The position numbers and the translations under genes were made by a program. From a virus (lineage: Duplodnaviria > Caudoviricetes), in IMG/VR virus record IMGVR_UViG_3300020156_000030, positions 1-62,257 of that record: a stretch of 62,257 bases of DNA; one strand, 5' to 3'. Shown in pieces: positions 19,766 to 27,343 of this stretch (positions are counted from its first letter, which is position 1; every line of letters begins with the position of its first letter). A model generated the notes under the pieces. The model searched no databases and had not been told where the DNA came from. It worked only from the letters and a program-made list of their open reading frames with translations.

Positions 19766-20047
19766 TCAGTCCTCCTCGTCGAGTTCGCGCATCAGGTGGG
19801 CCTGTCCACACGCGGCCGCACCCAGAAGCGCGTAGGTAATCACGCCGGCGGTGCCCACTCTGGCCGACCCGTTGGGAAAGCTCGTGGCGAGAACGAGGCC
19901 ATCGAGGTCCCCCGCCTTCGCACGGGCAAGCGCTTCCTCCAGCAGCTCCACGATAAACGGATCGGGGTGACCGGGAGAGGCGAGCTTGTGCCCGGCCAGA
20001 TCGAACACCTCGGCGGGGGTAACGGGCCTGTTAGGCTTCATCGTCAT
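19766..20047 (-). CDS. Hypothetical protein
   Basis: LEEALARAKAGDLDGL motif; start uncertain. Confidence 0.6.
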   Translation of the reverse strand: MTMKPNRPVTPAEVFDLAGHKLASPGHPDPFIVELLEEALARAKAGDLDGLVLATSFPNGSARVGTAGVITYALLGAAACGQAHLMRELDEED

Positions 20048-20345
20048 ACTCCAGCATTGGTGCGATGGCAGCAATTTCGGGGTGGCGCTTCATGATGAGG
20101 AACACGGGAGCGGGTATGCTGCCGCGCTCCGAGTTGCACTTCACGCAGGAGGCAACGACGTTCAGCAGTGTGTATAGGCCCCCTTGGCACCCCGGTATCA
20201 GCCTGTCGAGGGTCAGCGCATGGGGCGGGGGAGGAACACCGCGTTTTCGCCCTGCCCAGTCCGGGTGAAGCACTCGGTCGCACCAGAAACACCTCCGGCC
20301 CGACCTGATGAGCGCATCGTAGCGCAGCGCACTTCGGGACCCCAT
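20031..20345 (-). CDS. HNH-like zinc-finger endonuclease (possibly degenerate)
   Basis: CFWC...TLDRLIP..QGG...NVVASCVKCN. The usual DH is DR here. Confidence 0.65.
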   Translation of the reverse strand: MGSRSALRYDALIRSGRRCFWCDRVLHPDWAGRKRGVPPPPHALTLDRLIPGCQGGLYTLLNVVASCVKCNSERGSIPAPVFLIMKRHPEIAAIAPMLEYDDEA

Positions 20346-20593
20346 CAGCTCTTCCCGGCAGTCTTCCGCTTGGTTCTGGCAGGCTTGGTTCTGGCGGGGG
20401 GAGGTTCAGCGGGCTTGGGGCTCGGCTGCAGGACGAAGTTGTATACCCCCTCGTCGTCGATGAAGTCCTTGACCCCGCAACCATATTCCTTCTGCAGCTC
20501 GGCGATGCGCTGCTGGGCATCCTCCATCCGCTCGTAATCGCGGATTTCCATCTGCTGCTCGACGCCACGATCGAGAATGACACGGTGGATCAT
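20345..20593 (-). CDS. Hypothetical protein
   Basis: AGGAGG RBS; coupled to both neighbours. Confidence 0.6.
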   Translation of the reverse strand: MIHRVILDRGVEQQMEIRDYERMEDAQQRIAELQKEYGCGVKDFIDDEGVYNFVLQPSPKPAEPPPARTKPARTKRKTAGKS

Positions 20594-20766
20594 CAACCCC
20601 TCCTTAGGGCGGCATACACGACCAGCCCGAGAAACAGCATCAGCCAGCACACAGCGAAGAAGAAGGTCATGACGCCGGCACGGAAGCGGTAGGCGCTCGT
20701 CCACGCCCACAGGGCCAGCGGCAGAGTGGAAACGAGGATCAGCCATAGAACCACTTGGGGGTTCAT
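20593..20766 (-). CDS. Small two-TM membrane protein
   Basis: MNPQVVLWLILV...FFFAVCWLMLFLGLVVY. Confidence 0.55.
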   Translation of the reverse strand: MNPQVVLWLILVSTLPLALWAWTSAYRFRAGVMTFFFAVCWLMLFLGLVVYAALRRG

Positions 20767-20879
20767 TTCCGGCCTTTCGAGGATGTGCCCTTCACGAATT
20801 TCAACCTCAGGGCGATGATGATGAGCGTGACGACGATGGCGGTGAGGGTGACCCATCCGGCAAGTGTCAGCTCCTCCAT
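20763..20879 (-). CDS. Small single-TM protein (38 aa)
   Basis: MEELTLAGWVTLTAIVVTLIIIALRLK with an AAGGA RBS. Confidence 0.5.
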   Translation of the reverse strand: MEELTLAGWVTLTAIVVTLIIIALRLKFVKGTSSKGRK

Positions 20880-20899
20880 CTGGCGGGTCCTTCGTAGGA

Positions 20900-20935
20900 T
20901 GGGCACGATGGCAGAGAGGAGGGGGTGTGTCAAGT
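20900..20935 (-). promoter_or_regulatory. Possible sigma70-type promoter for the short leftward operon
   Basis: TTGACA on the minus strand at about 20928-20933; the -10 element is weak. Confidence 0.3.
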
Positions 20936-21079
20936 TACAATGGTGTAATTCTGGAGTAACAAAGTGGTTTGGTGGTCTAGGTATTCTCAGGGTCCCTGAG
21001 AAGGCGGGGGCGGCCCCCCCTCCCCCCTGTCCAGTTACCCCCGGGGGTAACCCCCTCCCCATTGCTAGGTCAGAGGATG

Positions 21080-21526
21080 GCGAGCGCAATACGGCGCAAG
21101 CGGCTCAAACCCCGATACTCGGGTTGGCAGCATGGGGCTGCCGGTTCTTTGCACCATGAATAGCTGGCCCTGCGTGACGGGCGCGCCCTCCAGCCGGGCG
21201 GACTTATGAAAAAGGCTGGGGTTAGGGGACCCCCACGGGTGCGATACGTGGGAACCGGGGCCTAATCGCTAAGGTGAAGTCACTGTGACGGGTGACGCTG
21301 CCTAGCGAGCTGCGCGAGCAGTGTGAAGCCGAAACCCTAATCGCGACCCGCCTCATGCGGGAAAGGCTAGGCCCTTCGACAAGTCATCGTTGGTATCATC
21401 AAACCACTGAACCATTACACGGTGCGATTGTGTGATGGTTCTGACGAATTGCGCCCTCGACTGGGGAAACCCGGCCGGGGGCGCGTCCTTTGCATGGTTA
21501 CTCTTCGGAGTAACTTTCCAAAGGAC
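21080..21526 (+). ncRNA. Large structured RNA candidate (unassigned family)
   Basis: About ten consecutive hairpins with GCAA, GCGA, GAAA and UUCG tetraloops, G-U pairs and a predicted pseudoknot, in a region with no credible ORF. Confidence 0.6.
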
Positions 21527-21540
21527 GGTGGAGAGCTATC

Positions 21541-21831
21541 ATGGCACAAAATCCGGTTCGCGCCAAACTGGCGCTATCGCAAATCCGCGAAGCCGGCCGG
21601 CTGGAATATACCAAGTCGGCTTATCTCGCCAAGCCCGACTTGGCCGCCATGCGTGATGCGGTCAACGCCTATCAGGGCAAGGTGACCAAGCTTCCGCCCC
21701 AGCCGACCGGGCCGAAGCCCCGCTATTGCAAGGCCGGCTATCGCCCGATGCAAGGCGCACTGGCAAAGCAGGAAGCCGACTGGCGGGCCAATGGTTGCAG
21801 GCTAGGGCAAGTCGTGGTTGTGGGCCGATGA
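21541..21831 (+). CDS. Basic hypothetical early protein
   Basis: GGAGAG RBS; QGKVTKLPP motif. Confidence 0.65.
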   Translation: MAQNPVRAKLALSQIREAGRLEYTKSAYLAKPDLAAMRDAVNAYQGKVTKLPPQPTGPKPRYCKAGYRPMQGALAKQEADWRANGCRLGQVVVVGR

Positions 21832-22059
21832 CCATCAGGCGAACGGCGGCGCGGCGGCGCTTCCTATTCCGCAGCACAAGGTATGGCGGCGAGCTCCGGC
21901 TTGGCCATTGGACCATCAGTTGGAGGAGTTACCCGGCTAGGTAACGCAATGGTTCGCTGGTAGGGTCGGACCCTACCAGCGGCTTTACAAATGTCGATGG
22001 TATTATCTATCATCGGTATCTGTAAGGCCATGGGTAGGCAGGGCTGGAAACGGCAGTCG

Positions 22060-22245
22060 TGGGTAGGCTATCTATATCTATAATTCATAATGTTCTATTA
22101 ATCATTTAGATAAGCCCCCCCATAATCTACCCAAAATCTATAAACCTATTATCTACCCTTCATTTCTGTAAAAGTGGATGGTAGATTTAGGTGGGGTGTA
22201 TCAAATTGGTAGGGATAATAGGATAATAGGCATGGTAGATGGGCC
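22060..22245. other. AT-rich region with inverted iteron-like repeats (origin or packaging-site candidate)
   Basis: Appears to be the most AT-rich stretch of the window. ATCTA(C) repeats on the left face GTAGAT/GGATAATAGG repeats on the right. Confidence 0.5.
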
Positions 22246-22292
22246 TAACCCATTGAACCATAACGACATTCCAGAAAAAACCCCCTACCATC

Positions 22293-22325
22293 TTGACAGC
22301 ACATTGCCCGGTCATTTACATATAC
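22293..22325 (+). promoter_or_regulatory. Putative sigma70 promoter
   Basis: TTGACA-17 nt-TTACAT, upstream of ATG 22355. Confidence 0.4.
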
Positions 22326-22354
22326 GGTGGATAGTAGGACATGGGTTTGTAAAA

Positions 22355-22771
22355 ATGGCCTTCAAATGCCCTTCATGCGGCGGCAAGACTGCCGTTCGTA
22401 GCACGCAAGAGACAACGAGCCCGCAAGGGCGTTACATGGTCAAGCGTTACAGAACATGCCTCTCGTGCGATGGTAGGCTAGATACAGCCGAGATCGTGAT
22501 AGGTGCAATCCGCCACGGGCAACGCTCAAAAATCGCCCCTTCCGTTGATAGTTACAAATCCGGGGGGCTATCAATACCGCCAGTGCCGGGCGTGGTTCAT
22601 TGCCCTGCCTGCACAAACGCCCATAACCACGTCACCTCGACAGAACGTAGGCCCGACGCCTACGAACGCCGGCACAAGTGCCGTGTGTGCTCGACCGGGT
22701 TCTACAGTTACACCAGTTACACCGGCGATGGCGTTCAGGTCCAGAGACGCAAGCGCCCGCGCCCCACATAA
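22355..22771 (+). CDS. Tandem zinc-ribbon protein (NrdR-N/Ogr-like), putative regulator
   Basis: Two CPxC...R.R.CxxC..F/L.T/S modules. Confidence 0.6.
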   Translation: MAFKCPSCGGKTAVRSTQETTSPQGRYMVKRYRTCLSCDGRLDTAEIVIGAIRHGQRSKIAPSVDSYKSGGLSIPPVPGVVHCPACTNAHNHVTSTERRPDAYERRHKCRVCSTGFYSYTSYTGDGVQVQRRKRPRPT

Positions 22772-22846
22772 TAAGCCGGCGAAACAACGCTGCGCACTCA
22801 TCGCCCCGTTACTTCAGGGGTAACACCAGCCGTAGGAGAATGTGAC

Positions 22847-23593
22847 ATGAACCAGATCAGCGCCAATGCCGGCTCCAACATCAAGTCGGCTCTCGACGAG
22901 CTCATGAAGGACGTGCGGCAGTTCGGCCGTGAGCAGGCCCTCGGCGAGGACGCCAAGGCTAAGTTCGCCCTGCGGGTTACCCGCGCCTCTGCCGACGGCA
23001 TCATCGACTTGGAGAAGAAGCACGGCAAGGACCCGAAGACCGCCAAGGATGACATCGACGTTCTCTACAAGGAGTATGTCGATCAGTATTCGTCCAAGTC
23101 GCTCCACGAGCACAAGGGCATCGTGCAGAAGACCTCGGAGATGCGGGTCTTCGTCAAGTTCGGCGCGATGACGACGTGCGATCCGGTCACCGTGCTCAAC
23201 CGTGCGGTCATCCTGCGCAACGAGCTCGCCAAGGGTGACACCAAGGTGAAGTCGGCGTTCCCGTCCTACCTCAACGTCGCCCGTGCACAGTTGGACAGCG
23301 ACCAGCCGCTGACCGATGACCAGATCAGGGAGTGCGTCGTGCCCGGCGAGCCGGCTGAGAAGACGCTGGAGAAGGAGCTCGGGCGCATCGCCAAGGCGCT
23401 GGAGGCCATCATCACCGGTGAGAACAAGGCCGGGCTGAAGTGCCAGAGCGAGAACGTGATCGCCGCGCACGACGCCATCACCCGCGAGATCGCCACGATG
23501 GTCAAGCAGCGCGAGCTCATGGACCTCCTGCAGAAGGCCGCTGACCTCGGGCTCAACGTCTCCTCCAACGTGCCGGAGCAGATCGCCGCCTGA
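22847..23593 (+). CDS. Abundant early hypothetical protein (248 aa)
   Basis: AGGAG RBS, strong codon bias, followed by a long hairpin. Confidence 0.8.
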   Translation: MNQISANAGSNIKSALDELMKDVRQFGREQALGEDAKAKFALRVTRASADGIIDLEKKHGKDPKTAKDDIDVLYKEYVDQYSSKSLHEHKGIVQKTSEMRVFVKFGAMTTCDPVTVLNRAVILRNELAKGDTKVKSAFPSYLNVARAQLDSDQPLTDDQIRECVVPGEPAEKTLEKELGRIAKALEAIITGENKAGLKCQSENVIAAHDAITREIATMVKQRELMDLLQKAADLGLNVSSNVPEQIAA

Positions 23594-23606
23594 GACTGCA
23601 CGGCCG

Positions 23607-23650
23607 AAGGGGAGGGGGCTTACCTCAAGCGGTAACCCTCTCCCTTTCCA
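23607..23650 (+). terminator. Long hairpin (terminator or processing site)
   Basis: GAAGGGGAGGGG-GCTTACC tcaagc GGTAA-CCCTCTCCCCTTTC. Confidence 0.5.
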
Positions 23651-23681
23651 CCACCCAACCACCGCACCACCGGAGGACAAC

Positions 23682-23876
23682 ATGAGCAGCCACCATCGCT
23701 ACCATCTCCCCTGCCCCTGCGGGTCCGGGAAGCTGTCGTGGTGGGAGAACGATGCCCGTGGCATCCCGCTCTTCCGCGCCTGTGACGATTGCGTGGGCGA
23801 GAAACTGTTGCGCTACCGCCCCGATGTCCTGTCCGATCCGAACTACTGGTCGGACGAGCCGATCAACCCCGAGTAA
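23682..23876 (+). CDS. Small Cys-rich (Zn-binding) protein
   Basis: CPCGSG...DARGI...CDDC with a GGAGG RBS. Confidence 0.7.
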   Translation: MSSHHRYHLPCPCGSGKLSWWENDARGIPLFRACDDCVGEKLLRYRPDVLSDPNYWSDEPINPE

Positions 23877-23948
23877 CAGGGAGGGTCTTTCAGCGGATGC
23901 GCACTCATCATGTGCATCTCCTCGACGACCTTACCACTGGAGGTAACG

Positions 23949-24245
23949 ATGGACGAGCACAAGGTCTGGGTGGAGGAGAATGTGTCCGCCCTTGATTTCC
24001 TCGCATGGCTGGAGATGCAGCCCGGCGGCAAGGAATATAGCTACACCGCAACCCAGTCCTGTGCCTTCGCCCTCTACCTGAAGAGCAAGGGGCTCGATCG
24101 CGTCTTCGTCGGCAGCGCGCTGTGGTCCATGTTCGGGGTCGATACGGACTTTCAGATACCGCCCCACGTGAACGACGCTGTGTGGAGGCACCCCCGCACT
24201 TTCGCCGCCGCAGCTCGCCGGCTGCGTTCTTACCTCGGAGAGTAA
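23949..24245 (+). CDS. Hypothetical protein
   Basis: GGAGG RBS; FLAWLE.QP...Y......CA.A.YL pattern. Confidence 0.65.
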   Translation: MDEHKVWVEENVSALDFLAWLEMQPGGKEYSYTATQSCAFALYLKSKGLDRVFVGSALWSMFGVDTDFQIPPHVNDAVWRHPRTFAAAARRLRSYLGE

Positions 24246-24248
24246 CTC

Positions 24249-24635
24249 ATGAACGAGCAGCAGATTTTCGATACCGTCGCCGCTCATCTCTTCAGGCAGG
24301 GGCGGCGGGCCATGGACGGAAGCGGCTGCCGCTACCGCAGCGGCGACGGGCTCAAGTGCGCCGTCGGCTGCTTCATCCCGGATGAAGCCTATGACCCCGA
24401 CATCGAGGGTGTCTCGTGCTATGACCTCAGGGTCAGAAGCCTTCTCCCCTTCAAGCCCGATGACTATACGCTCGCGCTCCTGCACATGCTTCAGGGCACC
24501 CATGATAACAGGGAGAACTGGGTGGACACGCAGGCGATGCGGGAAGCGCTGGCCCGTGTGGCTGAGCGCTTCAAACTGAGCTTCGTCCCCGAGAACTACC
24601 AGTTCAGCGACCGGCGCTGGCCTCTGTGCCGCTGA
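24249..24635 (+). CDS. Hypothetical protein, paralog A1
   Basis: QIFDTVAAHLF.QG..CRYR..DGLKCAVGC..LQ..HD. Confidence 0.8.
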   Translation: MNEQQIFDTVAAHLFRQGRRAMDGSGCRYRSGDGLKCAVGCFIPDEAYDPDIEGVSCYDLRVRSLLPFKPDDYTLALLHMLQGTHDNRENWVDTQAMREALARVAERFKLSFVPENYQFSDRRWPLCR

Positions 24636-24662
24636 GGGTCGCTTACCCCGAGGAGTAACCGA

Positions 24663-25067
24663 ATGTCACCACAGGAGATTTTCGATACCGTTGCTGCGCA
24701 CCTGTTCACGCAGGGGCGGCAGGCCGTCAGCAGGGACGGCACCTGCCAATACCGCACCGAGGACGGTCTCAAGTGCGCCGTCGGCTGCCTCATCCGGGAT
24801 GAGGATTACAATCCTGAGATCGAGGACCTCCCGGCCTTCAATACCCGCGTCCTCGACCGGCTCCCCTTCAAGGTGGACGTGGAGGTGGAGGTGGAGGTGG
24901 ACGGCCCCGAGTTTTCAGTGTGCAGCCTGCTGCAATCGCTTCAGCGCGTGCATGATCACGAGCCGGATTGGGCGAGCACGCACGCGATGCGGACAGCGCT
25001 GGCCTATGTGGCTGAGCGCTATCACCTCAAGTTTATCCCCGAGAACTACCAGTTCAGCGACCGCTGA
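24663..25067 (+). CDS. Hypothetical protein, paralog A2
   Basis: Tandem paralog of 24249-24635. Confidence 0.8.
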   Translation: MSPQEIFDTVAAHLFTQGRQAVSRDGTCQYRTEDGLKCAVGCLIRDEDYNPEIEDLPAFNTRVLDRLPFKVDVEVEVEVDGPEFSVCSLLQSLQRVHDHEPDWASTHAMRTALAYVAERYHLKFIPENYQFSDR

Positions 25068-25122
25068 GGGTCGCTTACTTCGGGGGTAACACCACCCAAC
25101 CACCTCACCATAAGGAGAGAGC

Positions 25123-25401
25123 ATGAGCGCAGAGGGTAAGAAGAAGCGCGGCGAGAGCGGCAAGAAGAACGCCGAGAGCTCGCCGTTCCGCATGAACGGT
25201 CGCCCCGCCGATTGGGAGGCTCGCAGCCGTGGCTGCTTCCAGACGCGCGGCGCTGCCTCGTCGGGTAGCGTCACGATGCGCGGCCTGCTCGGTGGCATGA
25301 TCGCCGAGCGCATGGGCTACGCCATGCCGGGTATGCCCGGCATCGAGTATACGTTGGAGCACGCTGCGTCCCGGGTGACGCACCCCGCCCTGACGTTCTG
25401 A
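25123..25401 (+). CDS. Basic hypothetical protein
   Basis: TAAGGAG RBS; strong codon bias. Confidence 0.7.
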   Translation: MSAEGKKKRGESGKKNAESSPFRMNGRPADWEARSRGCFQTRGAASSGSVTMRGLLGGMIAERMGYAMPGMPGIEYTLEHAASRVTHPALTF

Positions 25402-25489
25402 GCCACAAGACGTGAGGGGGACCTGAGTATGTCCTTAAACTGCTCGCCTTACCCTGAGGGTAAGCGCGCACTCATTTCGGAGCGGTCTC

Positions 25490-25750
25490 GTGGATGATGG
25501 TGTAGACTGGCACACGGTGCTGTCGATCGCACGCTGGCGGCTGGCTTGGTGCGAGCAGGCTCGGAGAGAGCTGCTTGCTAAAGTTCATAGCAGCGATGAG
25601 GTCCCGAAGTTGCACCTGAGGTATGCCAAGCTGACAAATAGCATAAACACGCTGGAATATGCAATCTGGCTGGCAGAGCACAGGTTATACGAAGCAATGT
25701 CGCATCTTACTGTTGGCAAACGCTTGCTGGGGCCGCTGGATTGGATGTGA
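25490..25750 (+). CDS. Hypothetical protein, paralog B1
   Basis: IARWRLAWCEQA...PLDWM. Confidence 0.6.
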   Translation: MDDGVDWHTVLSIARWRLAWCEQARRELLAKVHSSDEVPKLHLRYAKLTNSINTLEYAIWLAEHRLYEAMSHLTVGKRLLGPLDWM

Positions 25751-25780
25751 TTACCTCGGGGGTAATACAGGAGAGGTCTC

Positions 25781-26053
25781 GTGCGTGGGGTTTACAACTG
25801 GCGCGTGATAGCGGAAATCGCACGATGGCAGCTGGCTTGGTGCGAGCAGGCGCATGAGGCGCTACTCGCCGTCGGATACCACAGCAATTACCACCACATC
25901 AGGCTGAGCAGGCTTGCCGATGATATACGGGCTTACCGCTTCATAATATCCATGGCGGACCGTAATATCACTGATAGGAAAAGCAGACTCAAGGGGATAG
26001 GCATTATCCCTATTCATCATTTGACGATGAAGAGTCCGCTGGAGTGGATGTGA
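25781..26053 (+). CDS. Hypothetical protein, paralog B2
   Basis: IARWQLAWCEQA...PLEWM with an AGGAG RBS. Confidence 0.6.
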   Translation: MRGVYNWRVIAEIARWQLAWCEQAHEALLAVGYHSNYHHIRLSRLADDIRAYRFIISMADRNITDRKSRLKGIGIIPIHHLTMKSPLEWM

Positions 26054-26080
26054 TTACCTTGGGGGTAACTGGAGGAGAAA

Positions 26081-26527
26081 ATGGCTAAGATGAACGTCGC
26101 CGGCCTCGAATACGTGGCCACCTGCATCGAAACCGCAGCTCTCGCGCACAAAGACATCGGTTTCAATATGGGCTATGTCATTACGACGGCTGGCGGCTTC
26201 GCCGATGACAAGTCCGGCCATGGGTGTGGCACCGTCGCCTGTATCGCTGGGTGGACACTCGCCCTGCTGGACGAGAAGGGTAAACCACGGAAAAAGCCGC
26301 TCAGCCCGAGTAGCTTGTATAGATTGTTCGAGGGGGCATACGACCCTGTGAGGGATGCTAGGATGCGCCTTGGGTTGACGATCGACCAAGCGGATCAGTT
26401 GATGACCCCCGCCCCATTTGGTCAGCCGATCTGTAATACACGCTGGATGCGCGGCATCCCGCTGCTGGAAGCGGTCGAGGCCATCCGTGGGCTGATCGAC
26501 ACCGGCGAAGTCAAGTGGAAGGAGTGA
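26081..26527 (+). CDS. Hypothetical protein with a CGTVACIAGW motif
   Basis: GGAGGAG RBS; the motif is common in small phage proteins. Confidence 0.75.
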   Translation: MAKMNVAGLEYVATCIETAALAHKDIGFNMGYVITTAGGFADDKSGHGCGTVACIAGWTLALLDEKGKPRKKPLSPSSLYRLFEGAYDPVRDARMRLGLTIDQADQLMTPAPFGQPICNTRWMRGIPLLEAVEAIRGLIDTGEVKWKE

Positions 26528-26532
26528 ACGAT

Positions 26533-26709
26533 ATGGACATGCAAGTGTGGGGCTGGCCCCAATGGACGATGGTAGCGCTCCTTTTTCTGGGCGCGTTCGT
26601 TTCAATAGCACTGCATGGGGAGCAGAGAAAACCCCATGACGCCCCGACAGCCCTGTTGTCGATCCTGATACACGCCATCCTCCTCTACGCCGGGGGGTTC
26701 TTCGGTTAA
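26533..26709 (+). CDS. Small two-TM membrane protein
   Basis: WGWPQW...HG..R...LLYAGGFF. Confidence 0.7.
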   Translation: MDMQVWGWPQWTMVALLFLGAFVSIALHGEQRKPHDAPTALLSILIHAILLYAGGFFG

Positions 26710-26725
26710 CTCCACGAGGTAACCC

Positions 26726-26971
26726 ATGTCGCTTCTCAGAGGGCAGGAGTGTATCAAGGGTTTGGTCAAAACCCCCTTCGGAATATATTGCTGGTATGTT
26801 GGCATCGCCCCTACACTAAGACTCCTAACAGAAGAAGAACAGGTGTCTTTGGTTAGGTGGAAGGTCAGTATGCTGAGCGCTATTCTGGAGGACACTGACA
26901 GTCCTCATATAAAAAACAGGCTGGAGGAATGGGAGATGTGGCTGGAGCGGCTTACGAAAAGGCCCTACTAA
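26726..26971 (+). CDS. Hypothetical protein
   Basis: GAGG RBS within a palindrome variant; lower GC. Confidence 0.5.
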   Translation: MSLLRGQECIKGLVKTPFGIYCWYVGIAPTLRLLTEEEQVSLVRWKVSMLSAILEDTDSPHIKNRLEEWEMWLERLTKRPY

Positions 26972-26987
26972 CCCCACGAGGTAACCC

Positions 26988-27317
26988 ATGGCGATTGGTA
27001 AGGCACGCCGGCTGTTTAGATGGCATCTGAACAAGACGCGCGGTGGGGTTATGGGTCCCATGCCCATCGACGATCTAGAACGTGCCACCATGTTCGGCAT
27101 CAGTCTGCTGAAGTGGATAAAGGACGAGGCCACGGACCCTGTGGATATTCTTTGGGTCCATCACGCTACTTCTGCGTGGACGAATTACCTTAAGGGGGTA
27201 AGGGAGAAACAACATGAACGAGCTCGTGCTTTGGAGCACCGTGCTGGTGGTGGTGCTGTTCGCCGTGCTGATCGCGCAGAGCGTTCTCCTCTGCACGAGG
27301 AAACATCTGAGGCGTAA
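26988..27317 (+). CDS. Hypothetical protein
   Basis: GAGG RBS; its 3' part overlaps the next small ORF. Confidence 0.45.
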   Translation: MAIGKARRLFRWHLNKTRGGVMGPMPIDDLERATMFGISLLKWIKDEATDPVDILWVHHATSAWTNYLKGVREKQHERARALEHRAGGGAVRRADRAERSPLHEETSEA

Positions 27318-27342
27318 GCCTTGGGTTTACCCGAGGAAGTAA
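27214..27342 (+). CDS. Small single-TM protein (42 aa)
   Basis: GGGAG RBS; MNELVLWSTVLVVVLFAVLIAQSVLL. Below the ORF-track cutoff. Confidence 0.5.
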   Translation: MNELVLWSTVLVVVLFAVLIAQSVLLCTRKHLRRKPWVYPRK

Positions 27343-27343
27343 C

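Noticed and set aside
20305-20340. CTGATGAG resembling a hammerhead ribozyme core
   Set aside because: No GAAA follows the putative stem II, and it lies antisense within a CDS.
21441-21470. CTGACGA...GAAAC hammerhead-like core inside the structured RNA
   Set aside because: The intervening bases do not form stem II; the GAAA is better explained as the tetraloop of a 15-bp hairpin.
22178-22354. N-terminal extension of the zinc-ribbon ORF given in the ORF track
   Set aside because: It overlaps the AT-rich repeat region and a likely promoter; ATG 22355 is the more plausible start.
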